DNA of 64,000 nucleotides from a virus (Duplodnaviria; Heunggongvirae; Uroviricota; Caudoviricetes): IMG/VR virus record IMGVR_UViG_3300037067_007156, positions 429,519 to 493,518 of that record; one strand, 5' to 3'. Shown piece by piece: positions 21,710 to 33,550 of this stretch (position 1 is its first letter; each line of letters starts with the position of its first letter). The notes under the pieces were generated by a model. It saw only the letters and a program-made list of their open reading frames with translations, ran no database searches and was not told where the DNA came from. The position numbers and the translations under genes were made by a program.

Positions 21710-22070
21710 TCTTCAAAAATTATTTCTTTGAGTTTTTCTTTCCTTAATTTAATTATCAATTTTGATATACAATTTTTAATACAATCATCAAGAGTCATCC
21801 CATAAAACATTTTAAACGTAAATCCATATCCATTAAATTCATATTTGGTTAAATCTATCCAATTTTGGTCAACTATAACATATTCGGTATGTATGTTTTC
21901 ACCAATTCCTCGTTTTCTTTCTGTCATATTTCTGTATCCCCAATATCCATTTGAATTTGTATCGGGTTTAATAAGGAGAACATTTTCATTTTTAATTATA
22001 GGTTTCGAATTATTTTCACTATATAATTCGAAATAAATATATTTAATATCATTCATTTTTAAACTTATGA

Positions 22071-23807
22071 TTAGGATAACCACTCATATTTTAAATTACC
22101 AGAATTAAATATTCTGTATATTTTTCTCTCTAACATAATCTCATGCTCAGTTTTATTAGAATCATATCCTTGTTTTACTAAAACATCTTTTCTAAAACCA
22201 AAACGATGTTTTCGTTCATTATTTATTATATAATGATAATTAGGTGGGGTTTTTTGTATAAATTTAAATCCCATCCTTTCATATAAATCACCAGTTGACC
22301 AGCTTCTATCTGCATAAGTTACAATTTTTCTCGGATTATACGTTTTAATAAAATATTGAAATAATTTATTTGCAGCTCCTACAACACTGGTATATTTTTT
22401 ACTACAAAATCTCAACAATTCATATTCACCAATTTCGGATTTAGAATTCATAAATGTTCTTAAATTACCAAAAGTCATTAATGATACTATTTCTTCATTA
22501 TAAAATAAACCAAGTTTAACAGAAGATGGTGAATTACCTTGTATATGATTATCATTTAAAAAATTCGTTGTTAATGAAGTATCAAATAATTCTTTTACCA
22601 CACATTTTCTGGCGAATATTTTATTAGGTGTTTTATTTAATATATTAAGAATTCTTGATTTAACAATATCAGTTTTATATAACCATTCGTCTTCATATAT
22701 ATGTATAAGTTGAATTCCTAATTTTTCACATTGTTCTGTTTTATTATAATGATATTTATCCGATTTAAACAATTCACTGTGCCAATATAATCCGTTAATT
22801 TCTATTGCGATTTTTTTATCTTTAAAATAAAAATCAACTTGCCTTTTATCATCAAATAAATTCTTGTTTTTTTCATAAAACGAATCAATAGAAAATGAAT
22901 CTAAAAACATTTTTAATTCATTTTCATATCTACTTTTAGAAAATGAACCAATTGGATTACATTCGGTGCATAATATTACACCAAATCTACTTCTATTATG
23001 GTATAAATTGATTGGGATTTTAACTTCACTTTTACAATATTCACAATTTATTACATAAATTTCTTCATTGTAATTTATATCTAATATTGGATATGATTTA
23101 TGTTTTTCATTTAAATTAATAAGATTTTTTTTCTGTAATGTTTCTTTAATATTATTAACAACGTTTTCGTTTTTAGTGGGGTTATCTACACCGTATTTTT
23201 CAATGCAAGTACTTTTTATCTTTTCTATATTGTTATAATTTTCAGTATTATATTTATTTTTTCTTGTGTTTTTATTTTTCTTTTTAACTTCTTCATTTTT
23301 CGATGGTCTATCAAACCCATATATCCCAATACAGGTTTGTTTAGATTTGTTCATTATTTCTTTATTCTGCATTGGATAATCAACACCAAGATTTTTATTA
23401 TTAGTTTCTCTAATTTTAGTTTTTATATCTTCATTTTGAAAAACATTATCAACACCATACTTTTCATTATTAGTTTTTTTCATTTTTTCTTTAATATCAT
23501 TATTCTGCATCGGATTATCAGTCTTATATCTGATTAAATTTGTCTTCTTATTTTTCATATATGAACAACCATGACAAGTATAAATGTTATATTTTTTATA
23601 ATTTTTATGATATTTCTGATAGGGTATTATAGATTCCTTTCCACATATATCACACTTCACATGCACCAATATTTTAGTGCCTTTGGTTAATATTTTCGGG
23701 TCAACTGAAATGATATCACCGACATTAATATTTTCAAACCCATTTTGTTTATAATATATTATATTATTATAAGATATTTTAACATTTACCGATATATCTA
23801 AAAGCAT
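22071..23807 (-). CDS. free-standing homing-endonuclease-like protein (PD-(D/E)XK) with KYGVDN repeats; start corrected to MLLDISV
   Basis: CxxC pairs, KYGVDN-type repeats, VDFY...IAIEINGLYWHS, ELLRFC, YADRSWS; the longer ORF-track version overlaps terminase. Confidence 0.75.
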   Translation of the reverse strand: MLLDISVNVKISYNNIIYYKQNGFENINVGDIISVDPKILTKGTKILVHVKCDICGKESIIPYQKYHKNYKKYNIYTCHGCSYMKNKKTNLIRYKTDNPMQNNDIKEKMKKTNNEKYGVDNVFQNEDIKTKIRETNNKNLGVDYPMQNKEIMNKSKQTCIGIYGFDRPSKNEEVKKKNKNTRKNKYNTENYNNIEKIKSTCIEKYGVDNPTKNENVVNNIKETLQKKNLINLNEKHKSYPILDINYNEEIYVINCEYCKSEVKIPINLYHNRSRFGVILCTECNPIGSFSKSRYENELKMFLDSFSIDSFYEKNKNLFDDKRQVDFYFKDKKIAIEINGLYWHSELFKSDKYHYNKTEQCEKLGIQLIHIYEDEWLYKTDIVKSRILNILNKTPNKIFARKCVVKELFDTSLTTNFLNDNHIQGNSPSSVKLGLFYNEEIVSLMTFGNLRTFMNSKSEIGEYELLRFCSKKYTSVVGAANKLFQYFIKTYNPRKIVTYADRSWSTGDLYERMGFKFIQKTPPNYHYIINNERKHRFGFRKDVLVKQGYDSNKTEHEIMLERKIYRIFNSGNLKYEWLS

Positions 23808-23859
23808 GGATATTAGTATGTTTTTATTTTTATATATAATAAAAAATGATAAAAGTTTT

Positions 23860-26055
23860 ATGTTTCCAACAAAAACAACAAAAGATAATAATTTAGTTTT
23901 TTCAACAGAAAAAATAGAAGAAATATTAAGAAAAGAAGATTTAGGTATAAAAAGAACCAGAGATGAACACATTTGGTTAAATAATATACACGGAGTTCGA
24001 AAACCCAATTTAAAATTCGGATTCACCCAAGAAGAAATACAAGAATACGCTAAATGTAAATTGGACGTGCAATATTTCGCTGAGAAATATTGTATGGTTA
24101 AAAGAGAAGATGGTAGTGTAGGTAATATAAAATTAAGAGATTATCAAAAAGACATTATCAATTTATACGATAAAAGCAAGTATTCCATCTTAATGGCATC
24201 CAGACAAACAGGTAAAACAATTTCATCGAGTATTTTCATCCTACATTTTTGTTTATTTAATTCAGATAAAAATGTGATGATTGTGGCCAACAAAGGACAA
24301 ACAGTGGAGGAAATTGTTTCTAAAATTAAATCAATTTATACACATTTACCATTTTTCTTAAAATGTGGTGTGGTGAGTTGGAATCAAAAATCATTAACAT
24401 TTGAAAATGGTTGTAGAATAAAATCGGAAAAAAGAACTAAAGAACCAGCAATTGGTTTCACCATTGATTTATTATACCTCGATGAGTTCGCTAAAATTCC
24501 AAACAATATCATTCGACCATATTATACATCAGTTGTACCAACCGTTTCGTCTATCAAGAATTCAAAAATTATTGTTACGTCAACACCCGATGGGTTTAAT
24601 TTATTTTGGGAATTACTTAGAGATGGTGAAAAAGACCACGATGACCCAGATTGGAATCAGTTTAACGCTATGCGAGTATATTGGTGGCAGATAGAAGGTC
24701 GTAGAGATACAAAAATATATTTTTTAAAGAACAAGTTAGAAAAATATAATTTAAATAAAGAAAATGTTTTAGATATATTAAAAACCAAATATGGTTTCGA
24801 AATTAAAGAAGATTTCGAAGAAGGCGAAAAAGTATTTTATCATATAAAATATGATAGTGATATTGAAAACACTGAAATAGATTTTATAAGAACTATCAGG
24901 ATAAATGAAAATATCCCGTTGGTTGATATTTGTACAGTTACTAATTGGAAGGAACAACAAACTAAATTAATAGGTGGGGAAGAAGCATTTAAACAAGAGT
25001 ATGATATTCAATTTTTAGCTGGTAATAAATTGTTAATCGATAATGTTATGTTGGAAAAAATGAGAAAAGCAGAATCAAACTTTGAATATGTAGATTTCGA
25101 AAAAATATCTAAAAAATTTGTTTTACCATATACTGATTTGAAATTTATAAAAGATAGGCCAGATTTATTCGATATTAAAAAAGTAAAAGATTATTATATA
25201 TTATATGGGGTTGATTTAGGTGAAGGATTATCACAAGATTATAGTGTTATAAATATTTTTAGATTAATTCCAAAATCGATAGAAGAAATTGAAAAACACA
25301 AACATAAGTTCGCTGATATATATGATTACTTTAAAGTAGAACAAATTGGATTGTTCCGAAATAATATTTATTCTTTAAATGAAGTAGCACATTTATTTTA
25401 TTTACTTTCACATGAAGTATTTGATTCAGAAAAATCTAAGGCTGTTCTTGAATATAATACATATGGTGGTGAATTCTTAGCACATTTACCGAATGTATTT
25501 AATCAACAAAATAATTATTCAAATGGTATTTTCATGAGGTTTAAACACAGAAAAGAAGATAAAGCATCAAAAATAGGATTGAAAGTAACGGGTGGTAATG
25601 ATGGTAAAAAATTATTAGTTAAAGAGTTTCAAAATACTATGAAAAAGGGTAATATAACCTTACATAATGTCATTTGTATAAACGAATTATCAGTTTTTAC
25701 TAAAAAAGAAACACCCAGTGGTGATATCACTTATAAATCGGAATCTGGTCACGACGACACAGTAATGAGTGAAGTTAATTTAGCGAATGCATTAAAAACC
25801 ACAGCTTATAAAAACATGGTTGATTCTGTCATACAATTTGAATTAACTTCTGATATGAGGATACTAATTGAAAAATATATTCATGCAAATCCTGAATTAA
25901 CATCAAATCCAAATTTAGACTCATTTGGTTCTGGATATAGAAAAGTATATAATAATACAAATCCTATGTATAATAAACCAAATATACCTAAGAAAAATTT
26001 ATTTTTAAATAATAATACTGGTAATTCTTTTTATAAAAAAAATATGTATAACTAA
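23860..26055 (+). CDS. terL: terminase large subunit (T4 gp17-like)
   Basis: LRDYQ, ASRQTGKT (Walker A), LYLDEFA (Walker B), STPDG, GVDLGEG..QDYS, GHDDTVM. Confidence 0.95.
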   Translation: MFPTKTTKDNNLVFSTEKIEEILRKEDLGIKRTRDEHIWLNNIHGVRKPNLKFGFTQEEIQEYAKCKLDVQYFAEKYCMVKREDGSVGNIKLRDYQKDIINLYDKSKYSILMASRQTGKTISSSIFILHFCLFNSDKNVMIVANKGQTVEEIVSKIKSIYTHLPFFLKCGVVSWNQKSLTFENGCRIKSEKRTKEPAIGFTIDLLYLDEFAKIPNNIIRPYYTSVVPTVSSIKNSKIIVTSTPDGFNLFWELLRDGEKDHDDPDWNQFNAMRVYWWQIEGRRDTKIYFLKNKLEKYNLNKENVLDILKTKYGFEIKEDFEEGEKVFYHIKYDSDIENTEIDFIRTIRINENIPLVDICTVTNWKEQQTKLIGGEEAFKQEYDIQFLAGNKLLIDNVMLEKMRKAESNFEYVDFEKISKKFVLPYTDLKFIKDRPDLFDIKKVKDYYILYGVDLGEGLSQDYSVINIFRLIPKSIEEIEKHKHKFADIYDYFKVEQIGLFRNNIYSLNEVAHLFYLLSHEVFDSEKSKAVLEYNTYGGEFLAHLPNVFNQQNNYSNGIFMRFKHRKEDKASKIGLKVTGGNDGKKLLVKEFQNTMKKGNITLHNVICINELSVFTKKETPSGDITYKSESGHDDTVMSEVNLANALKTTAYKNMVDSVIQFELTSDMRILIEKYIHANPELTSNPNLDSFGSGYRKVYNNTNPMYNKPNIPKKNLFLNNNTGNSFYKKNMYN

Positions 26056-26103
26056 CAACTTTTTGTTATTTCAGTAATATACAATTTAAAATGTATATTT
26101 TAT

Positions 26104-26949
26104 ATGGCAAAAAGAGAAACAAAAAAATTGGAGTTTGTTATAACTATCGATAAATTGGAATTACTAATTAGTAAACTCACAGATTTATCAGCTATTGATG
26201 ATTTTGTAGTTATGAAGTTAAATAACGAGGATACTATATTATATTCAGCAGCTTATACGGGAACTAATAGTAGAACTAAAGAAAATATTTTAGCTTTTAA
26301 AAATTTTATATTTAAAACGGAGGATATTTTTACCATTAATACGAAAATTGACAGTGAAATAAATTTTATAATCAAAGAAACTAAGAAAACTATAAAAAAC
26401 ATCAGAAACTTTATGGATTTGGGTTTGGATGAATTAATAAAATGTAAATTATCCTATGATGAATTAAATGGTTTTCAGTTCGGGGATTCTTTGATGTTTA
26501 AAAATAGTAAATTAAAACTTGATTTTCCAGGTGGTTCACCGATAGATTCTGATATTAATATATCTAAAGACCTCATCGAAAGAGCTACAAATAAAAGTAA
26601 AGTTGAAGTTAAATTTATACTTTCTAAAGATGATTATGACAAAGCTAAGAAAATGTCATATATTGAAAAAGATAATGAAATAATATATTTTACTATTTAT
26701 GAAAATGAATTGCGAGTTGGTGAAAATCGCTGGTCACTTAAACTTCAGGATTATCAATATATCAATGAAATAAAAGATGCAAATGGTGTGGTTATAGATA
26801 CTAAGAATCTTGAATTAAATGCTTCTATTCATAAAAAATATTTCAAAACAATCACATGTGGTGATGAAGGTATAAATGTTGATATTTATGCTACCCACCT
26901 TTTACTTAACAACAACGAATCAACATTATTAATATCAAGACAAATGTAA
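26104..26949 (+). CDS. possible sliding clamp (gp45-like)
   Basis: Size and alternating alpha/beta two-domain pattern; clamp loader present in window; no decisive motif. Confidence 0.35.
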   Translation: MAKRETKKLEFVITIDKLELLISKLTDLSAIDDFVVMKLNNEDTILYSAAYTGTNSRTKENILAFKNFIFKTEDIFTINTKIDSEINFIIKETKKTIKNIRNFMDLGLDELIKCKLSYDELNGFQFGDSLMFKNSKLKLDFPGGSPIDSDINISKDLIERATNKSKVEVKFILSKDDYDKAKKMSYIEKDNEIIYFTIYENELRVGENRWSLKLQDYQYINEIKDANGVVIDTKNLELNASIHKKYFKTITCGDEGINVDIYATHLLLNNNESTLLISRQM

Positions 26950-26964
26950 AAATAATATTATAAT

Positions 26965-28152
26965 TTGGAAAATAATAATAAAGTATATAGAACAATCGAA
27001 GAATGTAAAGAAGTAGCACTTAAATATACTAAAAAAATAGAATTTAGAAAAAATAGTAGAACTATATATAACTTTTGTTACAAACATGGTTGGTTAGATG
27101 ATGTTTGTTCACATATGATTAAAAACACATATTGGAATTATGATAAATGCAAAGAAATAGCTTTAAAATTTAAAAATAGAGCTAATTTTAATAAGAAGTC
27201 TTTTGGGGCTTATAATATGGCACTTAAAATGAAATGGTTAGATGAAATATGTTCTCATATGACTATTGAACATTTACCTAATGGTTATTGGAACTTTGAA
27301 AGATGTAAAGAAGAAGCACTCAAATATAATACTAAAAAAGAATTCAAAGAAAATAATGCTTCAGCTCTTGTTATAGCAAGACGCAACGGTTGGTTAAAAG
27401 AAATTTGTGAACACATGGTTAGTATTGGAAATAAATATAAAAGGTGTATTTATTCTTACGAATTTCCAGATAATTTCGCATATATAGGATTAACATATAA
27501 TCTCACTGAACGACACAATAATAGATTTTCCAAAAAAATAGATATTGTTTATAAGCATTATAATAAAACAGGTCTTAATCCAATATTAAAACAATTAACA
27601 GAATATGTTGATGTCGAAAAATCTAAAATACTTGAAAATTTTTATGTTGAAAAATATAAATCAGATGGATGGAATATTTTAAATATATATGATACTGGAG
27701 GAATTGGTGGTAGTACTTTATATTGGACAAAAGAAAAATGTATAGAAGCGGTATTAAAATGTTCATCGAGAACTGAATTTAAAAATAAATATAGAGGCGC
27801 ACAAAATTCTGCATTTAAAAATAAATGGTATAAAGAAATAATTGAATTAATACCAAAGAATAAAAATATAAAATATACTAAAACTATTTGTTTAGAAAAA
27901 GCTTTATTATGTAAAACTCGACAAGAATTTAAAAAAAGATTTATACATGAATTTAGTGCAGCATATAAATATAAATGGTTAGATGATATATGTACACACA
28001 TGTCAAGAAAATTAAAATGGTCTTATGATAAATGTAAAGAAGCATCATTATTATGTAAAAATAAACATGAATTAGAATTAAAATATAAAGGTGCTTATAA
28101 TTCTGCACTTAAAAATAAATGGATAAATGATTTTTTTAATAAAAGTATATGA
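26965..28152 (+). CDS. GIY-YIG-like homing endonuclease with tandem ~45-aa repeats
   Basis: CIYSYEF...AYIGLT core flanked by six WxxxKCxExA...WLDxICxHM-type repeats. Confidence 0.75.
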   Translation: MENNNKVYRTIEECKEVALKYTKKIEFRKNSRTIYNFCYKHGWLDDVCSHMIKNTYWNYDKCKEIALKFKNRANFNKKSFGAYNMALKMKWLDEICSHMTIEHLPNGYWNFERCKEEALKYNTKKEFKENNASALVIARRNGWLKEICEHMVSIGNKYKRCIYSYEFPDNFAYIGLTYNLTERHNNRFSKKIDIVYKHYNKTGLNPILKQLTEYVDVEKSKILENFYVEKYKSDGWNILNIYDTGGIGGSTLYWTKEKCIEAVLKCSSRTEFKNKYRGAQNSAFKNKWYKEIIELIPKNKNIKYTKTICLEKALLCKTRQEFKKRFIHEFSAAYKYKWLDDICTHMSRKLKWSYDKCKEASLLCKNKHELELKYKGAYNSALKNKWINDFFNKSI

Positions 28153-28586
28153 ATAAATGGAATAGTAGATTTTTAGAAATTTCCAATTTAGTTTCTACAT
28201 GGAGTAAAGACACAAGAACTAAAGTTGGAGCTGTTATTGTTTCTGGTAGAAATCCTATATCTTTAGGATTTAATGGGTTTCCAGTTGGTTGTGATGACAA
28301 TGTGAAAGAAAGATATGAAACGCCTCAAAAATATTTTTGGACTCAACATGCTGAAGCGAATTCAATAACCCAAGCAGCTAAGAATGGGCAAAAGACAGAT
28401 GGTTGTGATATGTATGTTAATTTATTCCCTTGTGCTAATTGCGCTGGAATGATAGTCAACGCTGGTATTAAAAGAGTTTTTTGTGAAAATGAACCAGATT
28501 TTAATCATGAAAGGTGGGGAGAAAGTTGGAAAATAGCTTTTACAATTTTCACAGAAGCAAAAGTTGATATAATTTATTTGAAATAA
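28149..28586 (+). CDS. dCMP deaminase
   Basis: KVGAVI, GFNGFP, HAEANSI, PCANC. Confidence 0.92.
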   Translation: MNKWNSRFLEISNLVSTWSKDTRTKVGAVIVSGRNPISLGFNGFPVGCDDNVKERYETPQKYFWTQHAEANSITQAAKNGQKTDGCDMYVNLFPCANCAGMIVNAGIKRVFCENEPDFNHERWGESWKIAFTIFTEAKVDIIYLK

Positions 28587-29973
28587 AATATATATCTTTA
28601 CAAAAATAAAAATATAAAATTTATGACTTCTAACGAGAAACCAGAAATATTTATTTGTGAATGTTATTCAACAGAACACCAGTTAGTGATTAAACATGAC
28701 CCAGATGAAAAATATCATAATTTATATCTGAATGTTCATTTAATCACATATAAAAATATTTTTAAAAGAATATGGGTTTCTTTAAAATATATTTTTGGAT
28801 ATAAATGTCGATATGGTCATTGGGATGAATTTATTTTTAATAAAAAAGATGCTGAAAGATTAATTGAAATTTTAAAGAAAATAAAATAATGATTACTCCA
28901 CAAGAATCTACAAAAGCAACACTACCATTAAAAATAGTTAGAAATGGATTCGTTCAAGCTATGAACGGTCATGAGCTTTGGGTTAACACTGAAACAGATG
29001 AGATGATTAAAATAGTTGTTCATGATGAAACACTTTTAAGGAAATTATATTGTTCACATGTTAAAATAACAATCGAAACTTTCGATGAATAAAAAATCGA
29101 ATTATAAAATAGTTGTTTGGTTAGATGAAGATTACACTAAATCAGATGAATTTGAATGTATATCTACGTTAACAGATGAACAAATAACAGAAGAAGTTGA
29201 TAAAAGATACTCGTTGTGGTACTATTATGATATATGGTAAAAAGTTAAAAATAAAAAATTATGCCAAGATTAATTGAAATAATTAAAGATTGTGAAAAAA
29301 CAGTCATTCACACGGATTGTGGTGCAAAGATAGGTTATTATCTAAATGAAGTGAAAAGTTATATAAAAGAAGATTACGGTGGCGGAAAAGACACAGTTTA
29401 TTATATAATTTGTCCAAATTGTGGACAAAAGGTGGTTGTAAACGGTTATTAAAAATATAAATTATGGCAATACACATTAAAATAACGATGAAATCTGGTG
29501 ATGTATTTCATTTTGATGATTGTACGAACGATTATAATGAAACACTATATACAGTAATTAAAAATGTTGATGGGAAAACGAAAACAATTAATCGCTTTCC
29601 CATTAGACATATATTTCATATAAAAGAAGAATATTAAAATACTATATCAATAATTTTAATAGTATCTGCCAGATATACATTATGTGGGGAATGTTCTTTT
29701 TTTCTTAAATATTTAGCATAACAAGAAACTATACCTTTATTTTCTTTATTTTTAAATCGTTGAAGGTATTTAACACATTCATCATAGGTTAACATTACAT
29801 GTAAACCAGATATATATTTCGTGCCACTACCGTCATTCACCATTTTTTTATCAGCAGTAATCCAAACATTTTTTTCCATAACTCTGGTATTGTTAATACC
29901 ATGAAATAGTGTTTTTATTTGTCCGTTTTTTACTTCAACAATTTTATAATAAATTTTCATATTAATAATGTTA

Positions 29974-31125
29974 TTATTTTTTCTTGGAATAATATTCTTT
30001 TATTTGTTTAGCTTTTTCTTCATCAGTATTTATAGAACTAATAACCTGTAACAAAAATTCATCGTCTGATTTTTGTGTGGATAATTCAATAGTTTCAGTT
30101 GTTTTTTGAGGTGCTATTGGAGCAATACTTTCTTGTAATTCATGTTTTGTATTCACTAAGTCAGACATTTTTTTGTTAAAAGTTGATAGAATTCTATCCG
30201 CATTTTTTACATTTATGACCGGAAAAATATTAAACACGTTTTTATTGTAATTTCTATCACCACTCATATTCAAACATGATACCATATCATCACCCATCTT
30301 ATCTACAACAGATAATAGTTTTTCTGAAATACCATCACCATCCAATACATAACACATATCTGCTTTCTCATAAAAATCGGCAGTTATTACTTTCAATATA
30401 TCATTAAATTTCCGAATACGATTATACCACCCCGAATATTTATTTTCCATTCCTTCATTAAATATATTAACTGCCGATTGTATTTCCGAAAGGTCATTAA
30501 CGCTCTTAATAGATGCAATAGATTCAACGAATCTTAACATTTTGGTGTTTTCGGGATAAAATACATTTAATGAGTATTTTTTTGTAATTGAAATAGCGTC
30601 ATTGATAATAGAATTGAATTCAGATAATTTTTGAATATCCTCTTCAATTTTATGAATTTTTATAATAGATATTTCATCATTATATTCTTTTTCAGATATT
30701 TTTTTAACCTGTTTGAAATTATTCATATGAATATATTTAATTTCACCTTGATAATTTTCAACACGAATTTTAATATCATTATCATTATATAAATCAAATT
30801 CAATTATTTTGTAGATGTTATTTTCATATTTTATAACATCACCTAAATATATATTCAGGTCATTTTTAAATATCAACTGAAAAGATAATTCAGGTACAAC
30901 GATTTCATACATTGAATCAGGATTTCTGTTTAATAATTTAACAATAAAACGTTTATTATCAGCTGATTTACCAACAATCTGTCCAAATACACGACCACAA
31001 TAGTGATTGGATGATGGTGATTTGGGAACAGATTTGTTTAACAAAGACACATCGACTATTCTAATAAAATCACCAACTTGAGCGATTTCACTACTTTCTT
31101 TTACACTAAAATTTGCATTTTTCAT
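29974..31125 (-). CDS. hypothetical protein
   Basis: 383-aa ORF, no recognised motif. Confidence 0.65.
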   Translation of the reverse strand: MKNANFSVKESSEIAQVGDFIRIVDVSLLNKSVPKSPSSNHYCGRVFGQIVGKSADNKRFIVKLLNRNPDSMYEIVVPELSFQLIFKNDLNIYLGDVIKYENNIYKIIEFDLYNDNDIKIRVENYQGEIKYIHMNNFKQVKKISEKEYNDEISIIKIHKIEEDIQKLSEFNSIINDAISITKKYSLNVFYPENTKMLRFVESIASIKSVNDLSEIQSAVNIFNEGMENKYSGWYNRIRKFNDILKVITADFYEKADMCYVLDGDGISEKLLSVVDKMGDDMVSCLNMSGDRNYNKNVFNIFPVINVKNADRILSTFNKKMSDLVNTKHELQESIAPIAPQKTTETIELSTQKSDDEFLLQVISSINTDEEKAKQIKEYYSKKK

Positions 31126-31890
31126 AATTGTATATTTTTAATTATTACTATCAATTTATTTTAAAGTCCAATTAAAGATACGAAATATAAATTACTCTTT
31201 TCTAATTTTTACAAGTGTTTTTATATTCCTAATATTTTTTTAATTTTAAGTCTCCTGAGTGTGTTCTCATTCTGATTTTCTTCAGAAATTGTCAATTCAT
31301 TAGCAATTACATAAGAATTAATTATATCTTCTGCAAATTTAAAAGTTTCGACATAAAATGATATTTCATTGATATATAAAACACAATGATTTGTGTCTAA
31401 TATAATTTTTGTCCAATTTTTTTCAATTTTTATTTGATAAACATTATAGGATGATTGATAATCATTATAAACAATATCCCAATAAAGGTTATATCCTTTT
31501 ATCTTATTTTTTAAAAACACTATTCTATCTTTAAATCTTTGCATAATATTCTTTTAGGAAAATATTTCATCAATTTTTTCTTTCCGTACATCGTTTATAT
31601 GTTTAAACAGTGACGGTACATCAGAGTCATTTGCAGCAATAAATACTTTTATAATTTTTTCAGCTTCGTATATATCAGGAATAAGAAATTTATGTTCATT
31701 TATTTGAAATATATTAGAATCTGGATGATAATAAAAATGAATACTATGTCCATCAACATCATTTAACCAAATCATATAAACTTCTGGTAATGTTTGTGTA
31801 TGGTATACAGATTCGATAGACCAATTAAAAAGTGTACCTTGATATAAATTTATCCCGTTTTTTGATTTAATTCTCATAACAAAAAATTTG

Positions 31891-31961
31891 TGCACCCAAC
31901 AAGTTAAAACCTGCGACCAGTGGTATTAAAATCTAATGTTCTACCACTGAATTATGAATGC
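31891..31961 (-). pseudogene. degenerate tRNA (probably Lys-TTT derived)
   Basis: Acceptor GCATTCA/TGGGTGC, D-arm ATTC-AGTGGTA-GAAC, T-arm GCAGG-TTTTAA-CTTGT, TTTTAA loop; anticodon stem broken; promoter motif at 31972-31979. Confidence 0.65.
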
Positions 31962-32962
31962 ATTAATTGAACAAAAATATAAAAATAAAAATTATAAAAA
32001 AATATTAGGGGGTTTTATTTAAGAAAAAATTATAATTTTCACTTGAAATCATTATTTTAGTTTAATGTTAATTCATTTGTGAAATTTTATTATTTATAAT
32101 AGACGCAGATTCATAATCTTCTTCTCTTATAGCTTGTTTCAGACCATCATTTAACATATTATTGAAGATTTCTTTGATTATAATATTATTTTTATAAGTT
32201 GTATCCAACATGTCGTAATATAATTTATTATATACATCTAATGATTCAGAAACATCTTTTTCTTGAACTTTAGAATCTTCAATATCTTCAATAAATTCAT
32301 TATATTCTTCGTCAATACTATCCAATAATTTAGAAGCTACAACAATACACTGTTCTAACGATATTTCATTATCAATATCAACAGCCATTAATTTAAGTGT
32401 TTCCATTTTTAAATCAGTTTCTGATAATGGATAATTAAGTTCTTCATTATAACCAAATCTATATGACAACAATAGGGTTAATAATTTAAAATAAATTATT
32501 TCATTTTCTATTGTAACATAGTTTTCAACATAAAGTGCATCAATATGACTCATATTAAAAATTTATTTTTTTGTATAAACATTGGTTAGGTTGTCAGTTT
32601 TTCTAATGAATTTTTTAAATCCTTCATATAAATTTTCTGATTTTACTTCTTTTTTTCCTGTTACTGGTTCACTATCTAAAACATTACTTAAATCTTTAAC
32701 TTTTTTCGGTTCATGTCCATCAACACCTCTTAGACCTTCGTTAGTTTTAGTTCGGTCTTTATCTTTATGACCTTCTATAATTTTTTTATTTTCTAAATTT
32801 ATTTTACTTCTGTCGATATCAGACTTACCACCAGTATTTATTGTTGATAAATCTTCACTCCTATCCTTTGGTTTAGCTTTAGTTGATTTTACAAAACGAG
32901 AAGTTAAATCTTCTATTTCTTTTCTTAATGTAATTCTTAATGGATTTGGCATGATAATATTT

Positions 32963-33550
32963 TTATTTTATATTATATTCTAATTTTAATTTATCTATTA
33001 ACAATTGTGTTATTAAATCTTGTACTAATAATTGGTCTATATAATTAAGGTCAACCTTTATCATTCTGGATTTTTTTTCGCTTTCTGAACCATCAGTTTT
33101 TGGTTGAGTTATACGATAATCATTATATCTCAATTCCATAAGACAAGGAAAATATTTAGCTGTATTACCTTTATTTAAAAACAAACTCTTTCCCACTTCA
33201 ATTTGATACAGACTACTAAGAACAATACCCGATTCTTCATATAATTCTCGTCTTATCGTTTGTTCGGGTGTTTCACCAGTTTCTATTGTTCCAGATATGA
33301 TAGTTAAAAAATTAGTATATTTATTCCAATTTACATTATTTTTATAACGATAAGCATATGTTGGAATGTATTCGCTTCTTAAATAGATATATCCTTCATC
33401 TTTGAAATATGGTAATATAGCTACCATATCAGATTCTTTAACAAATGTATAATCATCATACTCAATAACTTTAATATATTTATTATCTAAAAGACATTTT
33501 TCCCCTGTATCTTCTTTACTTTTTTGATTTAAATTACTAAATTTGTCCAT
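32963..33550 (-). CDS. Nudix hydrolase
   Basis: GTIETGETPEQTIRRELYEESG. Confidence 0.85.
   Translation of the reverse strand: MDKFSNLNQKSKEDTGEKCLLDNKYIKVIEYDDYTFVKESDMVAILPYFKDEGYIYLRSEYIPTYAYRYKNNVNWNKYTNFLTIISGTIETGETPEQTIRRELYEESGIVLSSLYQIEVGKSLFLNKGNTAKYFPCLMELRYNDYRITQPKTDGSESEKKSRMIKVDLNYIDQLLVQDLITQLLIDKLKLEYNIK

Noticed and set aside
23808-24026. N-terminal 73 aa of ORF-track call 22071-24026
   Set aside because: Antisense to terminase; a better start is ATG 23807, leaving a short divergent promoter gap.
23860-26055. Intron or intein in terminase
   Set aside because: The ORF is continuous with all motifs present, and the internal insert lacks intein splice residues.
31160-31182. 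Partial resemblance (GTCCAAT.AAAGAT) to spacer 2 of array 1
   Set aside because: Too short and AT-rich to count as a protospacer; no convincing self-target was found by eye.
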